Part shown: positions 35,498 through 48,515 of the stretch, piece after piece
Layout: every line of letters starts with the position of its first letter
Position numbering within the stretch: position 1 is the first letter of the stretch
Source: Hydrolagus affinis
Taxonomy: Eukaryota
Reading direction: 5' to 3'
Assembly: GCA_012026655.1 (NCBI GenBank)
Contig: JAAILG010000017.1
Span: forward strand, 124,001 to 188,000
DNA: 64,000 nucleotides
The notes under the pieces: generated by a model
What the model was told of the DNA's origin: nothing
The model's input: the letters and a program-made list of their open reading frames with translations, nothing else
The model's database searches: none
Made by a program: the position numbers and the translations under genes

Positions 35498-36073
35498 GGT
35501 TTTAGATATAACAACAGGGCAAAACATTAAAATGTATTCTGCCAAGATAATTCTCTGCTGAGATCTGAGATACTGATGGAATAGGCTCGATGGGCTGATG
35601 TCTTCCTCCTGTTTGTTTTCTGCATGCCTTTGATTGGACATTTGTTGTGCATCATTGATTTTTAGGGTATTTTTATGCGTTGGATCTAAATAATTATTAT
35701 TATTCATACTGAAAGTTTTCAATTGACGAGGGTACTTTTGGTGTCAACCTGCGTGTGCATGACTAGTTTCAGAACTGTGCTCATGAAATGTGCAGTGTCT
35801 TAAATTGTGCAAACGCTCACCTTTCCTGCTCACTGGAGCAGAATTAAGATTGGCCCAACAGTATGAAGAATATTTAATGTCCATACTGCCTCCGATATGT
35901 TTCCTGCACCTTTCTGATAATATTTTTTTGCTACATGTATAAATATTTCTTGTGGCTAGTGCGTAGGTTGTCAGCTCCAAGCAACAATCTGCATATAAAA
36001 AGCTGCATTGCAGCACTTTTGCTAATGTCAAGTTGGCTTGGAACTTTTTGTTTTCTTCAAAAGGATTGTATTT

Positions 36074-36400
36074 GTTAGAGCACTCACCTTGCAAACGAGA
36101 GGGCACGGGTTTGATTCCTAGGCAGGGCAAAATTTTAGGCAAATTTCCTTGCTCCACAAGCCTTGGTTTACCTAGCAGGTTGTTAATCGATTGGCAGATT
36201 GCTTTCTCAGGGATATCAATCCCATTAAAAAAAGTTTTAATAATAATTTGGATTCCAGGATCCTGTTGTGCGCAATTGGCTGCTGTGTTTCGCCCCCAAA
36301 ACATGTAATCAATTCAATTTACTCTGTATTCTGTAAAGCGCTTTGGAATTCTCGAAGATGTGATATCAAATTGAAAATGTGATTTCAAGGTTTATTATTA
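36074..36400 (+). mobile_element. tRNA-Ala-headed SINE, long variant
   Basis: gttagagcactcaccttgcaaacgagagggcacgggtttgattcc, central gccttggtttacctagcagg (shared with 15225-15531), tail tgtaaagcgctttgg...caaggtttattatta. Confidence 0.85.
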
Positions 36401-36684
36401 AAGGGTGAATTTACTTGTGTTGCTGAATGCACTGCAGTAAATGTGAGACTACAATGTAGGGAGTAAGATCCTCGTTTCACAATGCTGTCCTGAGGGGTTT
36501 GAGGTTTTGTGGCATCTTTCTCAATAACTACGTGATATGAGTGAAGCCTTTTCCCATCCAACTTTCTTATTCTGATTCCCCATTGAAACTAACAAGATGA
36601 ACAAAGTCCACGATATTTTATGTATCATAATGAAATCGGTGTGATAATTAACACATTATCAAATGACGGAATAGAACTTACCAA

Positions 36685-36802
36685 TGGGAGAACAAGTTTG
36701 AAGGGGAGGGAGTGGGGCACCGGGATTGATTTGGACAACTCTTTCCAAAGAGCCTACACAGATATGATGGGCCAAATGGCCTCCTTCTGTGCTGCATGAT
36801 GC
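36685..36802 (+). mobile_element. CR1-type 3' end fragment
   Basis: ctctttccaaagagcc...atgatgggccaaatggcctccttctgtgctgcatgat. Confidence 0.7.
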
Positions 36803-38139
36803 CACAGTGACTCCTGTTTGCCTGTGAGTCCATCCAATCCAGCACAGACATTGTGGAAAACAGATCATCTTGAGTCCGAGCGGAGGGGGAGAAGGGAAAG
36901 AGAAGTGTTCTGTGCTACTCCCAACTATTTGTCTCTACATCAGGTTAAGTGGACCGTTTTACATCAGCATTTAGCAATTAGTGACCCTGTGTTTGTTGTG
37001 CGTTATGTTTGTGAATAATCATCGGGAGACTTGGGGAATTGAATCATCTGTAATTGTACTTGCTGTTGTTCTCTGATTTGAGGTCAACTTTGAGTCAACA
37101 GCAAGTTACACTAAACTTCTGCAACCGAGGCGTATTTCTATGAAACTGCTATCATGATTCGACCCGCCGCGGGAAATGCCACATTGTGAACCTGCGAGAG
37201 AGAAAAAATTGCGCATGGGGCTCATAGGTGGAAAGAAAGGGCACAAATGTAAGCAACTGACGAAGGAAAATAAAGAAATGAATTTAAAACGCAAAGAGGA
37301 AAATGTAAAAGAAGAATTTAAAAAAGATTGAGAACTTGTAAACATTCTTTTGCTTAATTTCATTTTAATTCCAAATTGCCCCCAGTCGTAACAATTGGGG
37401 ATCATGTTTATTTTTCTTGGTCTCCCCTTGAAGGTCTGAATTGAGACCTATTTATTTCCTGCAACTCCAAAATAAGTTAAAATATGATACCGACTCCCAA
37501 GATTGGAGGATTCCTCTCGCCCCCGTATCAATTCACAACATTTGGTTTGAGTCAACGTTTTGCTTATGGTGCACATGGAGCTTGTGCCAACAAACCCACA
37601 GTGAATCAGCACCAGATTGAACTGCTACCTAATTAAGTTTATAAGCGCTCGAGAATAATGTGTCAGCAATTAATCCGCGACAGTAAATAATCAGGTAGTG
37701 CTCGACTCCAATAGGAAGGGTTTGCGGTGAGCTGGTATGTTACAGTTTGCACAATAAGCATCCCCCCCAAAAAAGAGCGAAACCAAATGGCAATTCTGGA
37801 GCTCGGAGATGCTTTGCAGTTCCAATGGTAACCAGGGTTCAGCTGCGCATGGGATGTTGAGTGAGTGCAGTTAACATACAGGATCTTCCCTTAGGAGGGT
37901 TTAGGGAGTGGAACATTAAAAAATAGAATCATTATTAAATTTGTCATAAACATTTCACTTTTCACCCCGGAATATCATCCACAACAGTTGGACTTCTGTT
38001 ATCAATTCACCCCCATTTAAAAGAAAATACTTTATATATATTTTTCTGTTGATTGACTGTTAGTCATTCTGGATTGGAGCCCCTTTTAGCATACCATTAT
38101 TGCAGCATGGAATGAAAAGGCGAAATATAAGCTCTTTAG

Positions 38140-38210
38140 TCTCTTTCTATGTCTCCTCCTGACATGAAAGGTGCTATACAAGTGTAATTTTGTTGTTGTA
38201 GTTGTTATTA
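38140..38210 (+). mobile_element. L2 3' tail
   Basis: atgtctcctcctgacatgaaaggtgctatacaagtgtaattttgttgttg. Confidence 0.75.
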
Positions 38211-39624
38211 TTTAAGAGAATGGTAAAGCAAATGCTTTTATTAGAAGCTACAGTACACTGAATTGGAGTGAGGCTGGACTCTGATCGGTAATGACTGGAC
38301 AGTTTCAGTGGCGGCTTGAAAAGTGAATCTATTTAAGATTCATAAATGAAGTGTCATACCCCCTGGTCTCATCAACCTAACCATGTAGTGAAACCACACA
38401 CTTTCTTGGTTAGCTTTGCCCCACAGTCAAATGGTAGCCTACAGTTTCATCGAGAAAATGTATAGTCAATTATTATTATTATTATTCTTAAGCGATGTTA
38501 TGGCTGAAAAACTGCTTGCAATTATTGGTAGCACAAGATCAAATGTCACTGCTGCTGATGATGATTCTCTCAAGTTGGGTTGAGCATCGGAAACTTTTTT
38601 TTAAAAAGTTCAACCTCTGGTAGAGCAGAGCGGAAATCGTTTGGCCTCCAAGGACTCTCAGAAATGAAGGAGAAATTTGTGTAAATGTAAATTCCAGCAG
38701 CACTGAAGCCTTTAGTGCAGAAACGTCAGAAAGTTTAACCTAGACAGGCGTCCCAATGAGAGGGCAACATTGTTGAGTGATACTCAAGCCAGCAAGTTAA
38801 CTGACGGGACTTTCTCTGAATGGGGAGGAGAAAGAGGAGGAGCAGTTAACTGAGAAGGCCTTTGAATCTGTCTTTTCATCGCAAGATCTCAGTAGGCCTC
38901 CTCAATGCTTTAAAGGGAAGCACAGCTTTACAAGGGTTGGAGTGGGTGGGTGGTGGGGAGGGCGATACATAGCTTTACAGCAAAGCCTAAAACCATCCCT
39001 AATGAAAGAATTGTGTTTAAAAAAAACACATAAACAAAAACATGGCAACACAAGTTGTAATGGTTGCTAGTCAAGTTGCTAAGCAATATAATACCACACT
39101 TTGGCACCCTGCACTGCAGAGACTGAACGGCTGTATTAATGGCAAGTATTTGTCATATGACCCTCATTACTGTCCATATGAAAGTTATTTTAGGAGAGAA
39201 AGACTGACTTTCTCTTCTATCGGGCAGTTTGCCACTAGACGGTCATAAAAGCTGAATATTCCAGCATGAGCCATTAACACTTTATGGTTTATTCCCTCTC
39301 TCTGGCTGCTTTCGAGCTTGTTGGAGATGTTTGTTGTAATGTGTTTTATCTGTAGTTAAGCAGTCTGTGAGATTGGAGGTGTCATTTTAAACACAGCAAA
39401 ACAGAAAGATATTGTGTAGAAGTGGGCAGGGGGGGCGTTTCAATTTCAGAATTCAAACACTCATCTGCAAGTGTTTTATTGTCCCAATTAATCAACCGGT
39501 AATTAACAGCAAACATTCTGAATGTAGCCTTATTCCATAGGAACATGTTATTTTTTCAATTGCTAACATTCACTCATGTAGTCCGGCATGTTTCTCCTTA
39601 AATCACATTCCCGAACATTCAAGC

Positions 39625-39975
39625 TTACTTTTCTCCTATCCCGAAGATACTGGCTCATGTTGATCTCTACTCCCACAACCTCTGAACCAAGTGAACTTTC
39701 TTCCTGCGTGAGCCTAGACAATGACTAATCAACTGTAGGAAGCATCAGCCCCCAAGCCCTCACATGCTCGCCCAACAAACACATGTTTGCTTGACAGCAG
39801 AGGTCAACACATAGCGATCAGGAGTGGGAACTCTGGCTGTTGTTTTGTTGCATCGCAGCCTGTTGTCTCTGTGGACGATTGTAGCACCCCAGCCGAGTTA
39901 AGTGGTCAAATTTGAATCCTTATAGGTCCATTTTATTCAAGGCGGTAACTTTACCAACTGAATCATCTAGGAAAG
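39625..39975 (-). mobile_element. Old tRNA-headed SINE, second family (near full length, decayed)
   Basis: gtgagcctagacaatga, atagcgatcaggagtgggaactctggctg and ttgtagcacccc motifs run collinear with 13790-14075. Confidence 0.6.
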
Positions 39976-42900
39976 GATGTGGACAACTCTAATGAGGCAA
40001 CAAAATCATTAATAAAAGGATTAACAGTTTGGCTGTGAGAACTCACGAGGAATTAGTTTTAAAAATGTTTTAAAACATCTGATTTTGTTTGGGGATTGCA
40101 GTGTATTTATACAGAACCTTCCCTCGAGAGATGACATTTTAGTGTGGATTGTACATGGGCTTATGAAAAGAGCAGACTGAATGAGCTTAATGGCCTTTAT
40201 TTGTTGCTACCTTCATTTTCTCTTTGAAAATTGGCACGAGAACATTAGTCTGCAGCAGACAGTATTTTCAACGTGTCCACTCTGTTCCCCCCACGTTGCT
40301 TTTAATAGAGCAAAGTATTGTTAAGTGTTTTGCATCTCTTTTGGTTTCACTCCCACTCCTTATGCTTCTGGTAACTGACACCAAAGTACAGTATTAACCC
40401 AGCACTGCTGAAACAGCGATCGAATTCCGAGACACTGTAAAACACTGCACAAAATAAGTGTTTTCTAGGCTAAATAATTTAGCGGGTTAATGATAGGCAT
40501 TTTATGTTTAGTTTGTAATAAAGAGAGTTTGGAATCAGAAAGGTGTAAATATCCTTAAGCCTGATTGGTGGCGTATCTTAATTAAGAAAACCAGAAGCCA
40601 TGTTGCAAATTGTCACTCCCAACCTGATATTTTTTTCCAAAGGAGTGTTCCCCTGAGTTGCAGTGATGTATATTAACTACTTCATGTTACCAGAAGGAGT
40701 TTCCACTTGGATTGAAATCCTTTTCTTCAATACGAAATACATTAAGAGATAACGCAAAATACCCTCAGGTCCCCAAAAATAAACCCATAAAGACAGGAAT
40801 AGCTCCTTTTGCAGGATTAAATGGAATTCCATTGTCTGCTGCGCTTGGCAATTTCTTTATTCAGACGACAGTTTTCATGATCTTTTGCGTTTTAATGCAA
40901 ATGTCCTAAATTCCAGCCACGTTTACCGATGTCTCAACCCCAATGTCAGCTTTTTGTTGACTGGAATGTTGGCTGTGAATTCTTCCAGTGACTCAGTGAA
41001 AATGTTTAGCCATTTTTAAAAAAAATAATCAAATTCCTCTTCTCTGACTGTACAAAAGCTACTGTTTCCACTTTGATGTTGCTCTTAGGAAACCCATCCT
41101 GGAGTCCCTCCACCTAGTCCCTACCCCCCTCCCTCCCTTCTTTCAAAACTCACCATAACATCTATCACTTGTTGTCATTCCCTCAACCACACACCTCTCA
41201 AATCCCCCCCACCCTCGACCTGAAGCTCCCGATAAGCTGGGTGAAACTCTTTGAAACATCCTTCCAACTTGAAAGGAACTGTGAACTGAATTATATTACA
41301 TGCAGAGGCATAAGGTAACATAATAAGATGTGATCATGTTTATCCCTCTTTCATCCAATTTTTAAAAAAAGAACAATGAGGGCAATTCAGCAAAGTTCAT
41401 GGCCACGAGTTTTTTTTTCCCCTTGAAAGCTCAATAACCCCATTCGATAGATTTGCAGGGGACTTGTACTGAGCAAACTTCAGCGCTATGAGTCATTTAC
41501 ATAATATTTGAAGAGATTATTTTTTGTGAGAGTGCATTGAGATAGGAGTCGAGCAGGTTGCTGTAAAGAATTAACATTGTGTGGGTAAGCTTTCCTAGCT
41601 GTGACTTTCCGAGTACTTTTTGATAATTGGGTCCAATGATTTTGAATCTTGTCCTTATTTGTGTACAGGTGATGGGCAGGTCAGGGAAGTAACGCTGTAA
41701 TGTACTGACCCATATTTAAGCTGTACCCATATTAACCTGTAATGTTCAGAGAATTCCACGCTGAATCCTTTACGTATTCTGTTCATCATTTGGCTCGAGA
41801 GTTACCAGAACCAGAAAGTGAGCGTCAGAGAAAATCCAATGGAGTCTGAAGTTACTTCTGCCATGGATTTCGGTAGAAGGAGCATGTTCTAGTGCAACTA
41901 CTCAGGTTGAATCCCAAAGAAGTAGATGAACCGGAAATCTTCAACTGCAGAAGTGGAAAGTTTCCTCAATTTAAACCAGTCTAAAACTCTAGAAGTCATC
42001 GGCCGTTAGAACAAAGGAAAAGTCTTTAAAGTCTTATTTTGAAGTGCACTTACTCGCATCATAATTCGACACTAATCTATACTGAGTGTATTAGTGTAGG
42101 CAACAGATACCATTTGCATCAGATAAGGGATTGATGAGCGATAAGAATCCTTTCCATAACCAACAGCATACAGGATGTCTTGCTTTGAAGTTTTTAACTT
42201 TCAGCATTATTGTTCAATTTAAACGAACTGCTGAAACATTCTCAGTAATGTGTTTGTTGAAATAGCACAGAGGGATAAGCTGTTTGATACTGAGCAGCGT
42301 TTACAGCTTTGTCATTAATTTCTCTGATTCTGCATCAAGTTCTTATTCAAGAAATGGATACCTTTCAAACTGAGAGTAACACTAAATCTATCACTGGTAT
42401 TTCTACAGATATTACTTTGAATTTTCTCATTTTCTAATTTCTGTTCTCATACACTCACCTTCCCCCCTTTTTTTAAAAAAAACCCAGCATGATGAAAGGA
42501 ACATTTCTGTGAGAATATTCATCCCTGACATACAATCTGTTGCTTAATGCACCCAGGATATCATACACGTTTGTCTGGAAAGTGCAGCTGGAATGAGCTT
42601 TGTAGAATGTTGTACTTCGATGTAACTGATGATTTGCAGTCAAATAGCTCAAGTGGGATGATCTGACATTGTCATGGGTGCTTTTTAGATTGTATGAGAA
42701 GATGATCTGTAGATACTAAATGAGGCTTTCCGATTCTTGGAAAACGACATGCTTCTAGCAGTATTGTCACACGGCAGTTATCACAAGAGATTTGGATGAA
42801 GACACTTGTTAACCCATTTTAGCTCATCCTTCCACAATACCAACACTATCTGTCAACTCATTGCAGCATCAACAAGTCCAACACCCTGGCCTCCATCACC

Positions 42901-44029
42901 TGGCCTCATAATCCAGCTGTAATCCAGTTGATTACTGTTTATCATGGGTTCATCGCACCAGCGCTGCGAATCAATTTCATCGATCTCCTGTGCCTCTCGG
43001 CTCTCACTACACTGTTTATGCTGTGGCAGCATAGTACGAAGGATTTTAGATTTAAATTCGATCAGGAATCTGTACCTAAGCAGAATTATTTTCCTCAAGG
43101 CAGACAACGCACATGTTTCTTATTGAAGGTGTGTATTCTGATAGTTCAGTTTGTTGAATTTATTTTATAAACCGCGCAGTCCTGGCTTAGTAAACGTTAA
43201 AATTTTAAAGCGTTGTTGCATTCGGTGATGTAATTGAGTTTGTGTATCTATTGCAAAACCAAACTAAAGATTGAAATATTACAGTGATAGAAAGGGCAAA
43301 ACATGACCCTGTGAAATCGAATGTGCCCCAAGACTTTAGTGCGCAGTGAGGCAAGTCGAAAGTTTTACTTTTGAATCCAATGCTCCACTGAAAGCAACTG
43401 GCTAATAGCCTCGGAGGAAGGAATTTTTGAGGAACTGTGTAGGCCTACATCAGAGGTACGTTATAGTGTCAGGGCTCTGAAATGGCTTGCAGTATTTCAT
43501 TTGAAGCTTTTGCTTATGATTTGCACACCCGCATTGATTGACCTTTACTTCTGTTGGAGTAATGCGGATAATGTATCATTCGTGCTTGCGTGTCTACAAT
43601 CCATTTGATACATGTCGGAGGCCAGTGACTTAGTACAAAAACTCAATTGGCAGAAGGGGATCAGTGTAACATTTTACTAAGAAGATAAAGATTTGTTTTC
43701 TGTGCTCTGCAGTGGGGAGCGGAGCCAACTGATTGATTAGTTGGTCCAGTGATCTGATCCTTCAATTGACCTGGCTGCCGATGCGTGGTAGAGAACGGAA
43801 AGCTGTACACTATTAAAATCAACTTTATCTCCACTGTATTTCTACAGCATCATCTCAGAACACGATAGTGTGTTGCGCAAAGTAAAGCTCATGTAATTAA
43901 CAAGCACATATGACCTGTGCTTTGGCTTCTGGAAAGCCTGTGTTCAAATGACATCCCGGGGGGGTGAGCCCTGTTACTCAAATCGTAAATGATCAGATAG
44001 TGCCATAGGATGGTGCTGTTTTAAAAAAA

Positions 44030-44160
44030 AGTTCTCCACAGTTGAATACTCTGTCGAGATTGTTCACTGACAGGGCTCAAATATGAAGGATGACCACTTG
44101 GGTGAGGGCAGCTGGTGCCAGCCAATGCTTGGGTAAAATCCAGAGAAGAGGAGAGAATTG
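44030..44160 (+). mobile_element. Old SINE second family, 3' part
   Basis: acagttgaatactctgtcgag...ggctcaaatatgaaggatgaccacttgggtgagggcagctggtgcc. Confidence 0.5.
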
Positions 44161-44213
44161 GAGGAAATTGGTAGGCGGGGGGTGAGGAGGGTGGGGGAAA
44201 AGTACCTGAAACT

Positions 44214-44275
44214 AAGCGCCTTGGGACGTCCTCCTGACGTCAAAGGTGCTCTACAAATATAATTTTGTCGTTGTT
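44214..44275 (+). mobile_element. L2 3' tail
   Basis: aagcgccttgggacgtcctcctgacgtcaaaggtgctctacaaatataattttgtcgttgtt. Confidence 0.8.
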
Positions 44276-45876
44276 GAAATGTTTTGGAAAATACATCGCG
44301 AAAGGTGACTTTGCTACAGAAGTAGCATCCTCTTTAACATAAACCCTTCTCCGCAACCAGTGAAGCAATATTATATCATAATGTTTGGAGAGGCCATCGT
44401 TGGACTTGCCAGAAACCGAGCCTGCCCCCAATAACTTTCCAATGAACTGACAAGAAACCATCTACAGTTTATTTTCTGTTGGTTTTAAGAGTAGAATATC
44501 TAGGCCTAACTGCCTGACCTTGGCAAGCAGTACCTTTTTCCTCTCTGACACTAACCTGGTGCTCATTGAAACACACACACACAACCTTTCATGGGTACAC
44601 AGCTTTCCACTTAACTCCTGCAAAGTGTTTTATTTATATACAAAGCAAACGTTGGGGGTTCGTGATGCACATTCGACTGTTGATGATTTTGAAAAACAGC
44701 CAAGATTCGGTCCATGAGAAAGAAAATGGCATCAGCAGCATTAAAGTGCTACTGCATCAGCAATCCTTCTGTGGTTGTCGTGTGTGAGCTCCCCCATTCT
44801 TTTGTGGGTGAGGAAATAACGCAGCAAAGGACTACAACCCACACTTTTCACCTTCGAGTTATTAATAGAACGAGGAGGCAACAAACTTTCCATTTACTCA
44901 CAGCGATCATTGCCTTGGTTAATGCGAGAGGCAGGAAGTTGTAGAAAAACATCCTGTAGCTTCCATTCAATCAAATGGAAAAATAAACCTCGCCCCACCT
45001 CCTTGTGGATATTGGAGCTACTGCAGATTCGATTGCTCACTGATTATCTCTAATGTTCGAGGATGGGTTTGGACTAGAGTAATGTTAATTCAAAGTCGGG
45101 CCTCCTGAATCTGGATCAAAGACTTGCTGAAAGTCACTGCTGCTGGGTTACAAGTACACATGACATTTTTTTTTGTATGATGTTTGAGCCCAAGGTTATT
45201 TTTCAATGTGGTCTGAGACCTGCTTAATTCCCAGCAGCTCCTGACCTGAGCAATAAATAGATTGTGGGTCAAATAAAATGTTTTGTTTTAATGGTGATGT
45301 GGAAATAGGTTTTGCATTGCGAGCGTCTATTGTGGCCCAAAGACCTACCCAAGGACCAAAGCAAAAAAGAATAGCTAAATAAATGTATGCTTCTCATTCC
45401 ATTTTGCCATTCAATCCACGTGTGTTCCTTCACCGTCTCCCTTTCTCCCTCTCCAATTTTATCCTCTCCATCCCTTGAGGCAGCAGTCATATTGGTGTAT
45501 TGTTCCACTCTCCAATTCTGCATGATCATAAGATTAGTTTGGATGAAGAAGGCCCTTCAATCATCTCCTACTGCCCAGTAGAGTTCTCAAGTTTTTTTGG
45601 AATGAGTTAATTGGCACTTCTTCAGCTGTTTTTTTGCTGGGAGTCTGTGCCACATGTCTACTGGTCTCTGGGAGTAATAATGATCTTAATTCCTTGTCTT
45701 ACTCGAGCCAGCACTGGTTTCAGCCCACTTGTCTCAAGTTCCTATATTGGATGTATTTGCAAGAAATCGTTGTTTGTATTAAGTCTGGCGTGAGAGTAGA
45801 TTTCACATTGTATTATCCATTCTACGGTTGATACCGTGATTTTCACTCAATACTTTCTTTTCTTCTTTTTCCACAG

Positions 45877-45932
45877 TTAATGAAATTATAAGCAAGGATC
45901 TCTCTGGAATCACAGCGAGAGGTCAGTCATAG
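45877..45932 (+). CDS. NFATC2: NFATC2 terminal coding exon (isoform C-type tail) including stop
   Basis: Strong pyrimidine tract plus cacAG at 45875-45876. Phase 1 gives (V)NEIISKDLSGITARGQS then TAG, completing the NFAT motif YLDD-VNEII; the length and ARxQx end fit the NFATC2 tail VNEIIRKEFSGPPARNQT. Confidence 0.94.
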
Positions 45933-47533
45933 ACCAAACAAATTCCAAGGACCTCTCACTGAACACTTCCAGCACAGTTTGGAGCACAATCTGAGTGGCA
46001 TCCTGCATTTAGCGAATCGGTCAGCTGAAAGGTTTTGACTCAGCTGCACAGAACAATACATTGGCATGGAGTCGAAATCTCTGAGTAATCATCATGGGAA
46101 CTTTCACTGTGTGAACTTCAGCTTAGCAGCTTGTTCCTTATTGTTTGCCATTCAGACTCGTTATTGGGTCCCCCCCCCAAAAAGTGTATTTTTAGTTCGA
46201 GAATGAGTCAGTGTTTGTTATAATCGGGTCACACCCATTGTGACAGGGAAGCGAAGTGGGTGAGGGAATGTGGATGGGTGGATGGGTGTGTGCATCCCTC
46301 CGAAGCTTTTAAAAAGAGTGGAGCTATAATCCTCCATAATGGACTTTTGCGTTGTTACTCTTCCTAGTTGCTTTCATTGCAGTGCTATAGGGTCTCGGTG
46401 CATTTCTATTCCTTTGCTTATATCAATCCAAGGCTTGCTTGAAGTCAAATTTGTGGTGAGTCGAAGAGTCATGCATAGGAATGTGCCAGCATACGCCCAT
46501 GACAACTATGCAGCTCAGATTCACAATGCCTGTGTGGTGGAGGTTGGTTTGTAAAAGTTCCAGCATACCACACTAGCACATTCTGTACCACTTTGTTTTG
46601 CGCTGGAAAGGGAGAGGGGATGGACGCGGCGAGGAAAAAATAAAGTTAACTCCTGCAGTTTGGGGTTTTTGTTTAAATCATTCCCGTCGTTCTACATTTA
46701 CAAGTTTGCGTGCAGGGCAACGCCCCACGTACACACCCATTAACACGACTCGTGTATGGGAAAATGATGAAATGAACTTTTCCGTTTTGGCACCAAAAAA
46801 AAGGTTTTTTTTTAAAGAAAAATTGGCTTGCTTAAGAAATTTTGGTAAGCGGTAAGAAATTTTCAGCAGAATTTCATCCTTTGCAACAAGGGGAAAAGTG
46901 GGTTGTTGTGCTTCCGATGTCGTGATAGAAGAATTCTGGGCTGTATTATATTTGGGTTCTTTTTTTTTCCCTCTCTGGTACATTCTAGTAGCAAATATAT
47001 TAAATAACTCTGGCGAGATAGCAGGTAAATCCATCTCACATTATTCAGAACACCTTCAAACCCAAGGCAACTAATATTTATGCTGTTTCACCTATTATGT
47101 TTGATATATTTAATCGTCAACATCACCAGTCTAGTTGCATGGCTAGTTTAGTCATCCGCAATGCATTGTTTTTTTTAAAGAAAAAGATACTTTGGGATTT
47201 AAATATTTAATGTATAAATAATGCCCTTTTTGGAGGAAACTACAACCACATCAGAAAGCTAATAGAAACGAATTTCAATAATACAGTATCAAGGATTATT
47301 GCCTAGAATTTTAAAATAACTATTGAATCTACCTATTTTTTTAAATACAAGTTTATTGTTTTCTGAAAGAATCAAATCGATATCCACATTTTTGGTGTAC
47401 ATTTATGTGTATATTTTTTAAGTCATTGAAGAATATTTAGTGGTAAATCTGTAAGTGCAAAATGTTTCATTTATTCCCCAGGCTACAGTTTCCGTACATT
47501 TGTAGGATTTCTTTTCTTCGCTAACTTTGAGTT

Positions 47534-47596
47534 AGTGCCTTGGGACGTCTGTCCGTTGTGAAAGGCGCTCCATCAATGTAATTTTGTTGTTGTTGT
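47534..47596 (+). mobile_element. L2 3' tail inside the NFATC2 3' UTR (sense)
   Basis: agtgccttgggacgtctgtccgttgtgaaaggcgctccatcaatgtaattttgttgttgttg. Confidence 0.8.
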
Positions 47597-48444
47597 CCTT
47601 ATTGAAATCCCTAACACAACCGCATATTACATTTTTTTGTTACTTTAATATATAACATATTTCCTTATAATGGAAATGCATTATATTGTAATAACCAAAT
47701 ATCAGTGAAAATGTAACACTTTGACACACATTCAAAGCTTTTTTAAAAATAATAATATTATGGTATATTATTATATCCTTTTTTACTCTGATGCTGCGTG
47801 TGATGGTTATTGCACCACTCCCTGCTCATTACCCCCGCAGTATGGTCTATTCACTAAGACCTGGGTCCAGCGCAAAATGTCATTGCAATGTGTATACTGC
47901 CAAGATAGTGTTACCACCCAAGTCGTGGCACTGTATAGCAGCTTGCTAAATGATGGCCTTATTTCACTGCCCAATGGTGGAAGTGCAGGATTTCCTTGCA
48001 AGGGTTTAGGGAATAGGAACTTGGTGATACCCTTTGCTGAAGGGCCTTCCAATCCTAAACAAAACCAATGCTTGGAACAATTCTTTAATGACTTTAGACG
48101 CTGTGGACCCATTAACAGCACTTTAGCATGGCACTGGCCTTAGCATGACAATCTCAGTTAAAATAGAACTTTGTTTGGGGAAAAAAAAACCTTCGCACAG
48201 AGATTTCAAATACTTTTTACGCTGTTATTAATTCCAACCCCATCTCCCCACCTTTCCAATGGACCTGTTTTTCTGCTAGTTGGTCTGAGGGAGAGCTGAC
48301 ACCCTCAATCTTATTGCTCCCCCTGAAGTCATTCCCTTTTGATATAGCGTGAAGGACGAGAAAAAATGAAAGCCCAGCATGAATGGATTTAAACAAGGTC
48401 ATGAATATTCATTCCCACCATTATAACGCCATATAACTGCACTA

Positions 48445-48515
48445 AATAAAATTGCCACAATAGAAATATCGTGCATAAATAGCACTTCGGTCATATTCCA
48501 TTCTTCAATAATAAA
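48445..48515 (+). terminator. Candidate proximal polyadenylation signals
   Basis: AATAAA at 48445-48450 and 48510-48515 inside the UTR; use not demonstrable from sequence. Confidence 0.3.

Noticed and set aside
113-45932. Assignment as NFATC1, NFATC3 or NFATC4
   Set aside because: Exons 6 and 7, QNLDQ and the ARGQS tail match NFATC2 much better; the NFATC1-like residues are best read as ancestral.
47721-48143. 140 aa ORF (and 139 aa ORF at 50028-50447) in the 3' UTR
   Set aside because: Non-ATG starts, no recognisable domain, no convincing splice context.
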